From the NCBI GenBank assembly GCA_964016885.1, contig OZ024743.1, positions 322,648,001-322,712,000 of the forward strand: 64,000 bases of DNA. The letters are read 5' to 3'. Source of the stretch: Eledone cirrhosa (lineage: Eukaryota). A program made the position numbers and the translations under genes. Under the pieces are notes generated by a model. The model was not told where the DNA came from, searched no databases, and saw only the letters and a program-made list of their open reading frames with translations. This document shows, one piece after another, positions 1 through 13,936 of the stretch (its first letter is position 1; every line of letters begins with the position of its first letter).

Positions 1-124
1 ACATACATGCACACATATATATATATGTACGTATGGATTCACCGAACATTTATTATAATGCTCGGTGTGTTTGTAAACAAACATCTCGAATTAAGCCGTA
101 CAGTGTCTAGCAACCATCCTTGCT

Positions 125-900
<776 letters not shown>

Positions 901-976
901 CGAAGGAAATGTGGTAAGGAACCAGGTGGACCATAACGCACCAAAGTACTCAATACTTGAGGTAGTAGAGTGGAAA

Positions 977-1085
977 ATAGGAACCAGTAAGACCCCGACA
1001 GCTGAGCTCAAGCCGTTTCGACGGCTAATTCTCGTGAATTAGCCGTCGAAACGGCTTGAGCTCAGCTGTCGGGGTCTTACTGGTT

Positions 1086-1090
<5 letters not shown>
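977..1090. repeat. Perfect palindrome (55-bp arms, 4-nt loop), probably an inverted PLE terminal fragment
   Basis: 977-1031 is the exact reverse complement of 1036-1090; loop TCGT; right arm runs directly into (TA)n. Confidence 0.9.
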
Positions 1091-1145
<55 letters not shown>

Positions 1146-1238
1146 TATATATATACATACATATACTGTATATATATATATATTTGCATATATATATATA
1201 CATACATATACTGTATATATATATATATATACTGCATA

Positions 1239-3622
1239 TCTATATATATAAAGGGAAGATGGACATTGCTTGGTGTTCCCAACTTGCATGCTACATCGTT
1301 CATCCAATTTTCATGAAACCTCACACATATATAAAATTCAACGCGTAGAGTGGAATAGGCTACTTGAAATTTTCGAAAAATCGATAATCGGGCCCTATGA
1401 CAGAATGTTTTTCGATTCCAATGAAATTTTATGTGAATTCGAACACAAGAACTCTTAGTTTACATCTGGCGCAATAAAAATAAATTTCATATGCCCATAT
1501 AAGGACGTGCGTTATTGATTGGACGGCCAGCTGCATGTCTTCCCAGCTGTCTCAGTAAACGACCGACCATTAAAGAGTTTATCTTTTCATATTCCACCTT
1601 ATTCAAGTGGAAATACAGTATTATCCCTATCTGAAAAGGGAACCAAATTTAATGGTGTCTTTTGTGATGCTAAAAGCTGTGAGTAAATTTTCAAACAGTC
1701 TTAAATAATCATGCTTTTTTAAAAAAAAAATACTAAAGGAAGTGAGTGACTTTTCGGGTGTTTAAACGTAAGTTCACCAGGGTTTGTGTCTTCATTATTA
1801 GCCCACCTCTAATGGCATTTTTTGTTCTGCTTTCGACTAAATGTTATGAGCGTATTTGCAATTAATTGCGCACACGTGCACACCTGCATGCAGATAGACA
1901 CTGACAGCCAATAAAAAATCGATAACTTGCTTATTAAGATATCGGTCAAAAAGAGAGATTGAATGTACTTTAGAACATTTTTTGAATATATTGTTCTTTT
2001 TGGCAAGATATGTCAGAAATATAGCTACTATACACTTTGGTTACTTTTTGTAACTAAAAAACGGTTCCTTTTGGGTGGATACTTAACGAGAAAAATCCTA
2101 GGGTTTTGGACAAGTTTGTTTCAGGCGCTGTATAGACGCCTATTTTGTCACACCTTGGTCATGAATTCGTATTCTTTTCCAATAGATATTTTCCGCTCTA
2201 TAAGGCTCACCAGGATATAAGGCGTATCATTTAAAATCAGGTCCGCGCAACGGCGTGTAAGGCCAACCAACTATCTTCTTTACTTTTAGTCTAGATCTAT
2301 TACTTCTGTTAGAGCTGTGATTGATTATCATTGTATTATTTATACATAAGGCTCACCGGAGTATAAAGCGCAGAGCTGTTTTTTTATTAAATTTAATTAT
2401 TTTAAGTGCAATTTATAGACCGGAAAATTCGGTAAGTTATTGTAATCATATTTCCAAACCTTCCTATTCACCAGTAACCATGCTAACGAATCTGGTGTCA
2501 TCTCTCTCTGTATTTAATCACCTCTCTCTAACCTAACAGCTTCGTTACACGTCGTTATGCCCACACGGAAACGTTCAAGACTTACCTCCAAAAAAGGTAC
2601 AGCTACTGCTTTGAGACAACGAATTAGGCGTTCTTAGGTATGAGTTCATTCACAATTGATTAATCCTTTATGCAATATTCTCCCTTAATGTTAGCAAGTA
2701 CTGCGTTTATCCTAACTGTCACCACTTTTAAGCAACTACAACATTCTAATCGTAGTTATATTAAATTTATTGTCTTACCTTGATTCCCTTTTGTTCATGT
2801 TAGACTTTTCTCATTTACTATTGACACTGCCATTGGCTTAGCTAACCAGTGGAATTAATTAATTTTCTCTAGGAAACACCTGCTGAGCGCGAATCTCGAC
2901 TCGCTGATAGACGTCTTTCCCGGCTGGTTGAGTCACCAACATCACGTACGACAAGGGTTGCTGATGTTCGCCTTCGTCGCCAACAAGCGCTGACGGAGGA
3001 ATCACCAACATCCCGTCAGACGAGGCTTGAGGCTGTGGCAAAGGGCAATAACCCTAGATACAATTTTGATCAACTTTTTTTCACCTATAGCAAATTTACC
3101 GGGACAGGTTTTTAGCTACTCAAATCTACTTCAGAGATCACGCATTGATGTAAAAAAATCAATAAAACTGAAGCGGGGCTCGACTTTGCGCAAAAAAAAC
3201 AAGGCAAAGTTACACATGGGAAAACTTTTTACAGGAACGTCCTATATTCTTGAAAACTGTCACAAAAGACTCGCCATTATGCCGCGGTTAAGATAAAGGC
3301 CCTTTTAATTCTTCTTCTGCACATGTGAGCGCAAAAATTGTAAAAAATAAAAAACCCTGAAAGTAATCGACATTTTCACCCTGCTTTAAATTAACTGAAC
3401 ATTCAATATCAAGCTATTTTGACTTCCGTCAGTCGTGCAGACAACAATTTCAACAATACACTGTGTAACTACAATTAATAAATTACACACCTGTGTCTAC
3501 TAACCTATTTTTTTCATTGAAGTTCGAAGTTTTGAACCTGTGATGCGCGGGAAGTAACTTTCACACATTCTAACAGACCAAAGGTCGACTTACACCCGGG
3601 CAACGCCGGGTACTTCTGCTAG
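1239..3622 (+). mobile_element. Non-autonomous Helitron (~2.4 kb) with nested MITE fragments
   Basis: 5' TCTATATATATAAAG; 3' GC hairpin ACCCGGGCAACGCCGGGT followed by ...CTAG; inserted between A and T with no TSD, as expected for Helitrons. Confidence 0.75.
2184..2433. mobile_element. pogo/Tigger-type MITE nested in the Helitron
   Basis: Degenerate TIRs (ATTTTCCGCTCTATAAGG...TTATAGACCGGAAAATTCGGTA) with repeated TATAAGGCTCACC motifs typical of this MITE class. Confidence 0.55.
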
Positions 3623-3734
3623 TATATATATATATATGCATATATATATATATATATACATATATATATACATATATATATACATATATATATATATACA
3701 TATATATACATACATATATATATATATATATATA

Positions 3735-5535
3735 ATGGAAAAATTTGAACAGGGACAAAACAGAGAGGCAGTACAACGAATGTTTATTAATTTCACGCTC
3801 TGGAGAGTGGGGCGTTGGTGGGGGACGACGTTTCGGGCATAAGCCCTTCCTCAGGTGAGAAGTGTGTGGGAACAGAGTTCAAAGGGTGTGTAGGGGAGTG
3901 GTGGAGAGACATATAGCGAAAGGAAACGGTGCGAATGAAAAAATAAAAAAATAAAGATAAAAATAAAAATAAAGCATGATCAAAATACAAGGAATGAAAT
4001 AAATTTAAATATAAAAGCATGATCAAAATAAACTGAAATTAAAAGGGGGGTAAAACAGGTGGTGGAAGGGTGTGGGGTGTGTAGGGGTGGTGGCGGATGG
4101 AGTCGGGAGAGGGAGACGGGTGTCCGAGCGGGGAGGGCTGAAGGTGGTGTGTGTCTGTAGGTGTACGTGTGTGTGTGTGTGTATGTGAAAGTAAGGGTTG
4201 GGGGAAGAACGGGGTTGCATGTTCAGGAAGAGGTGTGAATGGGGGGGGGTCGGAGTGTCTGTGCGTGTGTGGATAGAGGGGTGGGGGGAAAGGAATCAGG
4301 AGGCTGGGGGTGTAAATATGTTGTGGAAAGCACGTGTGTGTGGGGTTTAAGCGTGTTGTGGGTGTAGGTAGCGTACGAAGAAAAAAATTTTTGGGGGTGT
4401 GTGTGTGGGTGAGTTTATAGGTGATTACGTAAGAGGATGGTTGAAAAGTAGGTAAATTCCAAAAGTGTATAGCGGATTTTGTGTTGGTCAATTTCTGCGT
4501 ACGGGTATTCCATGAAGCGACGGTCGGAAGAGGAGAGATGTGGGGTGCGCGCGCAACAGGAAGTGGTCAAGCAGTGGGAGTGCTGTGTGTCTGTTTGTGC
4601 TGGGAGGTGGTCAGAGGGCATAGCAGCAGTCGGTGGAATGGTAAAGGGGCGAGGATGGGTAGGTGTGAAAGTTGGAGTGAGGAGGGTGTGTGTATGTATT
4701 AGTAGAGGTGTTAGTGGGATGAGTGAGTGTGGAGCGAGGGTGTGGGTGGAGCGGGGAGAGAAGGGTGTGTGTGGTTCTATGGAGGGAGTGTGGTGTACTG
4801 GTGTGTGTGTAGTTTGATGAAGGGGTGTTAGTGGGTGTTAGTATACGGGAGGTGGGGAGGGGTTGAATGCAGGTGTGAGTGGGGGTTAGTGGTGGTGGGG
4901 TGTGTAGAGTTGGTGGTGTACGTGGGTGTGTGGGTACGTGTGCGTGGGGTTGGGGGGGTGTTAGTGATGTTAGTTGCGTGTGGGGTGGGTGGTGTAAGTG
5001 GGTGCGTGTGTTCGTGTGCTTGGGGTTATGGGGTGTTAGTGAGGTTAGTTGCGGGGTGGTGGGATGGAGGTGTGGGGTGAGAGGTGTGGGGGTGACGGTT
5101 AGTGGTGGTAGTAGGGTGTGTGTTTAGTGTGAGCGCGTGTATATATGTGCCGGTGGGTGTGTGCGTGTGATAAGGAGGGGGGAGGAGGAGAAGAAGGGAG
5201 GGATGTTAGTATGTTAGTTGGGGAAGGGTGGTCAGATGAGGGGTGGAGTGGATGTGTTAGTATTGTTAGTTGTGGGGTGGGCGGTGAAAAGGAGGGGTGT
5301 GTTAGTGGTGTTAGTGGGGGTAAGTGTGGGGGAGGGGCGGTCGAAGGCTAAAGGAATAAGGGTGGGGAGTTCAGGCCGGGGGGAGTGTGGGTCTGTAAGA
5401 TGAAGATAGTTCGTTGTTCGACCGTAAGGCGATTGGCGGGTGTTCCGTGGCACTGGAGTAGGCCACAGACTGTGAGATGGCGTGCGGAATGTCCAGGGCC
5501 ACCAAAGTGGCGGGCGATGGGGGAACTACCCCCGA
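3735..5535 (-). mobile_element. 5'-truncated Penelope-like element (Neptune-like GIY-YIG C-terminus, long C-rich 3' UTR, terminal repeat)
   Basis: 5535-5348 encodes [52 protein letters not shown], a typical PLE endonuclease end. A hammerhead-like core CTGAGGA-A-GGGC-TTAT-GCCC-GAAAC-GTC-GTC lies at ~3824-3854. Both ends sit in (TA)n. Confidence 0.8.
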
Positions 5536-5585
5536 TACATACATATACATATATATATATACATACACATATATACATATACATA

Positions 5586-5621
<36 letters not shown>

Positions 5622-5660
5622 CATATATATACATATATATACACATATATATATATACAT

Positions 5661-5693
<33 letters not shown>

Positions 5694-5794
5694 TATATAC
5701 ATATATATACATATATACATATATATACATATACATATATATATATACATATACATATATACATATATATATACATATACATATACATATATAC

Positions 5795-5825
<31 letters not shown>

Positions 5826-5879
5826 CATATATATACATATATACATATATATATACATTCATGTATATATATACATATA

Positions 5880-5916
<37 letters not shown>

Positions 5917-6029
5917 CTGTATATATATACACATATATATATACATACATATACTGTATATATATATATGTATATATATATATATACATATATATATATA
6001 CATACATATACTGTATATATATATGTATA

Positions 6030-6061
<32 letters not shown>

Positions 6062-6164
6062 CATACATATACTGTATATATATATATATATATATAAAAT
6101 ATTAAACAAATAATGAATAAAACAATGAAACAGTTCCTTATATTAAACAAAAAAAAAAAAAGTT

Positions 6165-6315
6165 CATTATTTAACGATCGTTTCTAGGATATATATGTGT
6201 TAGAATTGGCATGCATATTCAACAGATCTATGTACAAAATTATACAAAATTATACAAACTATCAAGATTAAATATACATACCAAACACACATATACGCCG
6301 TCTTCAGAAATAATG
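6165..6315 (-). ncRNA. Type I hammerhead ribozyme motif in 3' terminal repeat (long stem II)
   Basis: Minus strand: CATTATTT-CTGAAGA-[116-nt hairpin]-GAAA-CGATCG-TT-AAATAATG. Perfect 8-bp stem I and palindromic stem III. Confidence 0.7.
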
Positions 6316-6942
6316 AAATATATTTATTGATAATAACAACAATTCAAAATTTCAGGTCCGTTTGGGAACAAAATTGACCAATGAAAATACAAAAGGTTTT
6401 ATGCAGTTTGGCGTGTGTATATACATGTAACTACCCCGTACACATATTTATACAAAGATGTATGCTCAACATGCATACGCATGCCAAAAAGATGCATGCA
6501 AATACAAAATTTCAAGGTTAATGTCTCTGTAAGTTTATAATGCACAGATAAGATGCGTATAGACACATAAATATGAAATAAGTGTATACACATATTCTCA
6601 TACTCACACATATCCGTACACTCACACACACGCGCGCGTATATGCATAAACATACACATAATTACGAACATACATACACACACACAACCCCACACACATA
6701 TATATATATATGTGGATATAATATTATCATAAGCACATGGATATTAATTCACTCACATAAACACTGCCACACACATTTAGATCAAGATACAGAAATTAGG
6801 TGGGAGGGGGGGAGAGGTCAGTATTCAACGGTTTGGGCAGACTGCTTATTTATAGATGTATCTATAAACTAAGAAATAAAAAATAAAAATTAAAAAGGAA
6901 AGAAAAGAAAAAGAAAAAAGAAAAAAGAAATATATCAAGAAA

Positions 6943-7015
<73 letters not shown>

Positions 7016-7103
7016 CACACATCTACACTTAGAACACACATACACACACATATATAAACATATACATATACACACATACACACATATACACACATACATA
7101 TAA

Positions 7104-7136
<33 letters not shown>

Positions 7137-7653
7137 TACACATATAATCACACATACATATATAGACACACATATATATACACATACACGCACATATACA
7201 TACACATACATACTTATATACATACAGATATACACATACATACCTATATATACACACAAATACATACAGACATACATACATACATACACACAAATACTTA
7301 CGCATCCATATATCGGTATATACATACAAACACCACTACACTCTCACACAACTCAGACATACAAAGAAAAAGGTATATACCTATACACATATACACATAC
7401 AAATAGAGATACATATACATATATATATATATATACACATATATATATATATATATATACATACACATATACACACATATATATACATACACATACATAC
7501 ATGTACTCACACATACATATACATACATACACACATACACACATACATATATAGTCATACACACACATACACCTACACGAACATACACATACACATATAT
7601 AAAGATATATATACACACACATACATACACACACACACATATATATAAAATAA

Positions 7654-7704
<51 letters not shown>

Positions 7705-8261
7705 CACATATACATAGACATATATTTACATACATACACATACATACATACATATACACACATATATATATATATATACACACATAGACACATACATACA
7801 TACACACACAACATACATACACACACATATATACTCATACATAGACAAAGATATATATTCATACATACATACGCACTTAGATATACTCATATATACAAAT
7901 ACATACGCATCCATATATGCGTATATACATACAAACACCACTACACTCTCACACAACTCAGACATACAAAGAAAAAGGTATATACATATACATATATACA
8001 CACATTAATAGAGATACATATACACATATATATATATATATACACATACATTTATATATATACACACCCACACACACATACAACCATAAACACACATACA
8101 AACACTCACATACACACATATATACATACATATATATACACACACACAAAAAAAACACACATACACATATATATTTTTTTACACATATATATACATATAT
8201 ATACATATACACACCCTCACATATACACACATACACATAAGTTATATTATAATAATAAATA

Positions 8262-8292
<31 letters not shown>

Positions 8293-8325
8293 CGAATATA
8301 GACATATATACACACATAGATATAC

Positions 8326-8361
<36 letters not shown>

Positions 8362-9356
8362 TCACATATATATGTGCGCACACGTACATATATACACATA
8401 CACACATATACACACAAACATATACATGTGCATACATGTACATACACACATATAGCCACATAGATACGAAGATAGACATATATATAGAGAGACATACATA
8501 TATATACACATATATATATATACACATACATACACACATATATATATAAATATATATACACACACACATACACGCCCACACACATATACACATATACACA
8601 TATATATATATACACATACACATATATATACACATGCATATATACACATATATATATATATACACACATATATATACACACAATCTTACATTCTTATTTG
8701 CATGCGCATATATGTATTTTTATATTCAGATATAAATACCCAAACATATATACACCTACCTACATATATATTCATACATACACGCTTACAAACACAGATG
8801 ATAATAGTATGGGGGAAAGGGGGGGGTGGAGAAGGGGATTATAGTAAATATATGTTTCAAGAAACATAGAATATTATCTGTATCTGGATCCCAATATATG
8901 TTTTTACATAGTTTCAGTGTTAGGAAATACAAGAAATAAGGCAAAATTATGCATTTCAAAATAAGTATACCATTAATTATATGTTAACTAAACTAAAGAT
9001 AGTTAACATATTGATTTCTAAGGTGTAAATTAGTTAGGTTTATAATATTTGAAGCAGAATTTTGAAGTTAAATAGTAGTAGAGTATTAATTATAGTATAA
9101 CTAAATTAAAGTTATTAACGTTATGGTATCAATATTAGGAAATGAATTTAGTAATAGGGAAAAAACAAATAAAGTATTACATCGGTAGTAGAATATAAAT
9201 TATAGGTTAACTAAATTAAAAATTATATATTAATTTCTATAGTATATGTTAATTAGGTATATAATAAATAAAACAGATATTGTATTTTATCAATAGCAGA
9301 ATATAATTATATGCAAATAGAAATCAAAATTAATACAAATACATATACATATACAT

Positions 9357-9427
<71 letters not shown>

Positions 9428-9930
9428 TACACATACACACACACACACACACATACATATACATACATACATATACATATTTTTTCAAAAATTGCAAAGA
9501 ATATATTAACTAGGTATACATCCAAAACACATCCCATTCTATGATTACATGACACTCTGCAATCCGTCTGTATAAGGATACTAATTTTAATCCAATTAAA
9601 TTAAATTTTTAGGTTGACTAAATTTAAAACCAAATTATAAATATATTTCTAAAATGTATATTAATTAGGTCTATAATACTAAAAATTATTTCTCTGTCAT
9701 TGGATACACGATATTTTGTTATATTTTATCTGTAAAGGAATTTTAATAAAAGGTTTAAATAAATTAAAATTAATCTATAAATTAAATTACTAAGTATATA
9801 TTAGTAATATTTAAAGGTTTTTCACAATTTATGATTACACAATATTTTATATTCTCATCTGTAGTAGAATTTTAATTAAATTAAATTTATAGGTTAACTA
9901 ACATTTAAATTAATTTCTAAAATAATGTTA

Positions 9931-12360
9931 TTAATTAGGTTTATAATATTTAAATGTTTTTTTTAGTTTATGATTACACGATATAATTAATTCCTGTCGT
10001 TTATTTAATAGGATATCCTTAGATTTCATTATTTCAAATAGTTCTTGGGAACATAATCTACATTCATTTCTATTATTTTGATAAGGGGTGGCTCTTTTGA
10101 GCACACTCCAGGTCAAATCATATTCTATATTCTTATTTTTATAACTATTGATTTTTTCTGCTAGAGATGTTGTATTAGCCAGTGCGGCATTTTTAAAACT
10201 ATGCTTGTGGGTATTAAACCTTGTCTTAAAATTGTTAGAGGTAGCTCCTATATATGAGCAAATAGAATCTTTAGTTTTAACATTACATTTATAGACTATG
10301 TTGTTAACAAGACAATTCCCTTTTAATGGGCAGTTTGCTTTGTTTCTACAGTTACAACCTTTCGTTAATTCTGTATTTGAGGAGATATTATGGTTAATTT
10401 GATGTACTGGTGGTATACTTATGGTTTTCTTACATTTATATGCATTATAGGCACTTATATTTTGTTTTATGTTATTTGTTGTTGAGTATGAGAATTTAAC
10501 TGTAGACCTATTTAAGATTTGATGGTATTTGTGGTTTGGCGGGAAGTTTTTCTCTAGGATATAAAAAATTTTTTTAGCAATATTATCCTTAATTTGTAAA
10601 TTAAATGGAGCATTATACCAAGTAACCCGTCTATTACGGTTTCTATGTTGTTTATTATTTTTATTATTTTTATAGGTTGTATCGTGATGTTTACTAGGAG
10701 GATTAATGTTAATGATCTCACCACAACCATTTTTAGTTATATTTGTAGATTTAGGTGTTTTATCTTTTTTATTAGGAGTTTTATTATTAATATTTATTAG
10801 AGTTGTATGATGAGTAGTTTTTTGAGAGTTACTATATTTTATATTAGAAGATTTGGTATTTTGGGGTATAGTGTGGGTGGCATTTAGGTGTGTACTTTTC
10901 ATTTGGTGTTTGTTGGTAATATTAGGTTGTATGCTTTTAGTATTTTTAGTAGAAGGTATATATTCTAATCTATTTTTGTGGCCACTTCTATCTAGAGCTT
11001 CGTTATAGAAGGTCGCATTTTTATCAAATACATCTTGGTTAGAAGAAAGGTTAGAAATTCTAAGTGATATATTATATGCAAGGTTTTTAAGGATAGATTT
11101 AGGGTGATTAGATTGTGAGTGTATGTAATGTAAGTTTTGGTTTGGTTTATGGTAAGGTTGGTAGATACCCGTAGCTAAATCTAAAGTTATATCTAGGAAA
11201 TTTACTACTTTACTTGTTTTTTCAAAAGTAATATGAAGATTATAATAGTCTTTAAGGAAAGTTCTAATATGTTTTTTGTTTTTTTCAATTTCTGAAAGGC
11301 TAAGGTTGTTAGAAAGAAGAAGACAGTCATCACGATATAAACCACCTTTGAGGTGGGGAAAGGAGGCATTTATGTTGAAAAGGAGAAAGAGGCCCACAAG
11401 ATCAGTAATTTGGGCGGAATCGCTTGAACCCATAGTAATATCAAATAGATTACTATATGTGTTTCTGGTCCAGTATTCATTCTGAAATTCAATAAGTGTT
11501 AGTCTAGCATGTGTAATAATATTAATGTCATCCAAAGTTAAGTTAGATCTATTTTTAGCAAATATCAATGCTTTGTTCAGGAGTATAGGTGATATAGAAG
11601 AATAGTAATTATCTATATCAAATTGTAGAAATGAAGCAGAAGATTTACATCTAATATTTTTAAACCAGTTAATTACCTGGGAGGTGTTTTCCCAGAGTGG
11701 TAAAATAACGTGTTTTCTTATTTGTGGGATGACTCTATCCAAAATTTTTTTGCTAATTATTCCAATATCTGATTTGGAGGGACATATAAGTCTAATAGAA
11801 GGATTTGAGTTAAAGTTTGATTTATGATCCTTCAGGTTGAAGTGTGGTCTTTTCAATGCCAAAGGTTCAGTTCTATCTTCAATGTTTAGTTTTTTTACTA
11901 TGTTGTGTGTTTTGTTGTTGATGTTGGTGAGTGACGCATTATTAGATTTTTTATAATTTTTTCTGAGTTCTTTATATATGAACTCATTATAATGTTCAAT
12001 ATCCATATGATACAAGTTACCAGTTTTGTCCGAGTGGACATGGATTTTTTTAGACTTTTTTAGGTCCAATAGGGTAGAATCAAGGTCCTTTTGAAAGACG
12101 GATTTATACTTTTTAAATTTGAGGTGTTTAATTAAATTAAAAAGGTCTTTCTCGAAGTCTTCAAGTAAAAAGTTGTGTGGTGGATTCTTGTAAGTATTGA
12201 AATCATACATATATTTCCGATCTGCTTGTTTAGATTTTTTATCGAAGTGGTAGGCTCTCCATCTAACCCTTCTGATAAAATTATTAGTTTTTTGAATCAT
12301 AAGGAGTAAGAAGTCATCCTTAGAAGGTATTGGTATGTTTTTAACCTTTTGTATTTTCAT
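9931..12360 (-). CDS. PLE reverse transcriptase + GIY-YIG endonuclease (809 aa)
   Basis: RT motifs FLQFDIDNYYSSI, FDITMGSSDSAQITDLVG and GLYRDDCL; zinc motif CNCRNKANCPLKGNC; GIY-YIG NIVYKC...SYIGATSNNFKTR; C-terminal CRLCSQE...LLNKRQE...CNH. No stops or frameshifts. Confidence 0.93.
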   Translation of the reverse strand: MKIQKVKNIPIPSKDDFLLLMIQKTNNFIRRVRWRAYHFDKKSKQADRKYMYDFNTYKNPPHNFLLEDFEKDLFNLIKHLKFKKYKSVFQKDLDSTLLDLKKSKKIHVHSDKTGNLYHMDIEHYNEFIYKELRKNYKKSNNASLTNINNKTHNIVKKLNIEDRTEPLALKRPHFNLKDHKSNFNSNPSIRLICPSKSDIGIISKKILDRVIPQIRKHVILPLWENTSQVINWFKNIRCKSSASFLQFDIDNYYSSISPILLNKALIFAKNRSNLTLDDINIITHARLTLIEFQNEYWTRNTYSNLFDITMGSSDSAQITDLVGLFLLFNINASFPHLKGGLYRDDCLLLSNNLSLSEIEKNKKHIRTFLKDYYNLHITFEKTSKVVNFLDITLDLATGIYQPYHKPNQNLHYIHSQSNHPKSILKNLAYNISLRISNLSSNQDVFDKNATFYNEALDRSGHKNRLEYIPSTKNTKSIQPNITNKHQMKSTHLNATHTIPQNTKSSNIKYSNSQKTTHHTTLININNKTPNKKDKTPKSTNITKNGCGEIININPPSKHHDTTYKNNKNNKQHRNRNRRVTWYNAPFNLQIKDNIAKKIFYILEKNFPPNHKYHQILNRSTVKFSYSTTNNIKQNISAYNAYKCKKTISIPPVHQINHNISSNTELTKGCNCRNKANCPLKGNCLVNNIVYKCNVKTKDSICSYIGATSNNFKTRFNTHKHSFKNAALANTTSLAEKINSYKNKNIEYDLTWSVLKRATPYQNNRNECRLCSQELFEIMKSKDILLNKRQELIISCNHKLKKTFKYYKPN

Positions 12361-12425
12361 TGGTCAATTTTGTTCCCAAACGGACCTGAAATTTTGAATT
12401 GTTGTTATTATCAATAAATATATTT

Positions 12426-12576
12426 CATTATTTCTGAAGACGGCGTATATGTGTGTTTGGTATGTATATTTAATCTTGATAGTTTGTATAATTTTGTATA
12501 ATTTTGTACATAGATCTGTTGAATATGCATGCCAATTCTAACACATATATATCCTAGAAACGATCGTTAAATAATG
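12426..12576 (+). ncRNA. Type I hammerhead ribozyme motif in inverted 5' terminal repeat
   Basis: Same motif as 6165-6315, antisense to the ORF. Confidence 0.7.
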
Positions 12577-12772
12577 AACTTTTTTTGTTTAATATAAGGA
12601 ACTGTTTCATTGTTTTATTCATTATTTGTTTAATATTTTATCTTGACTCTGTATACCGTTTATCTTTCACCGAAAGTGATTTTTCATTACATCTCTTCTT
12701 TCCATGATATCCGGAATACATTGAGTTCTTCATACGGATTGGACACTACCGTAAACTCTTGGTAGATTTATC

Positions 12773-12870
<98 letters not shown>

Positions 12871-12880
12871 CATACATATA

Positions 12881-12989
<109 letters not shown>

Positions 12990-13905
12990 CATACATATAC
13001 TGTATAGATATATATAGATATATGTAGATGGCGAGGCTGGTAAGATGTATTATCGTGTACGGTATATTGTTGTAAGCAGGCAAAGAAGACTGATATTTAA
13101 GATAATTCAAATTTATTAAAAGATATAATTTGAAATTTGAAATTGCGAACTGAATTCGAAACCATACCAATGTGATCGATAAAAATAGTTTTATTCTCAC
13201 ATTTTAGAAAAAAAAAAATAATTTTTTTCAAACGCAGTGTTGTGGCTTCCATGTATGCTAAATTTCAAATTCATCACAATGCTTCAAATATACCTCTAAA
13301 GAAGTAATTAAAATGTTTAAATGTTCTCATTATGTGTTTGGTTGTAAACATTGGAGTGCAAGCCAGGGGACAGTGGAGGCAGTCTCTTCCTCCTACCTAT
13401 CTTGTAATTATTTCATTTCTTGCTATATAGTAGGAATTGCTTTCTGACAAAAGAAGAAAACTCCAAAATTAGAATTTCGATAACAATAATTGTGATGAGT
13501 TATATGTTGAACTTTAGAAAAGTCGTGCATATTTACTGACTATATCAACTGTTAGCTGGCTGGAGAGTTTATTAGTCTGAAAGCTCCATCTTTTAGAGAT
13601 TACATTTTGTAGTATAACCACGTATATCAATAGTTATGGGTACAAAAATAGATTCATAATCCGTGAGAATGTTAGCGTGTCTGTGTGTATATGTATGTAT
13701 GTGTATATAGATAGGTATCCATGTATGTATGTATCTATGTGTGTATGCATGTATGTGTGTGCGTGCATATATGTATGTATGTAGTTATAATATATGTATT
13801 TCTTTGAAATTTAAGCTTTTTGGTCACTAATAAAGTGACGAGGCTTTTTTATTGAGTCAAATAGTTCCATGGATTTGTGAATATGTGAAATGAATTAGTA
13901 CATTC

Positions 13906-13936
<31 letters not shown>

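Larger units (their letters stand above)
6094..12776 (-). mobile_element. Near full-length young Penelope-like retroelement (Naiad-type) with inverted terminal repeats
   Basis: Intact RT-EN ORF, ~3.5-kb microsatellite-rich 3' UTR, and a terminal repeat at 6094-6398 present as an inverted copy at 12343-12641 (identical on inspection except one poly-A length). Both ends are in (TA)n. Confidence 0.9.

Noticed and set aside
9931-12360. Selenoprotein-type Naiad (in-frame UGA plus SECIS)
   Set aside because: Some Naiad PLEs are reported to encode selenocysteine, but this ORF has no in-frame TGA, ends in TAA, and I could not identify a SECIS.
6094-12641. DNA transposon with 300-bp TIRs
   Set aside because: The enclosed ORF is RT+GIY-YIG, not a transposase, and the repeats carry PLE hammerheads.
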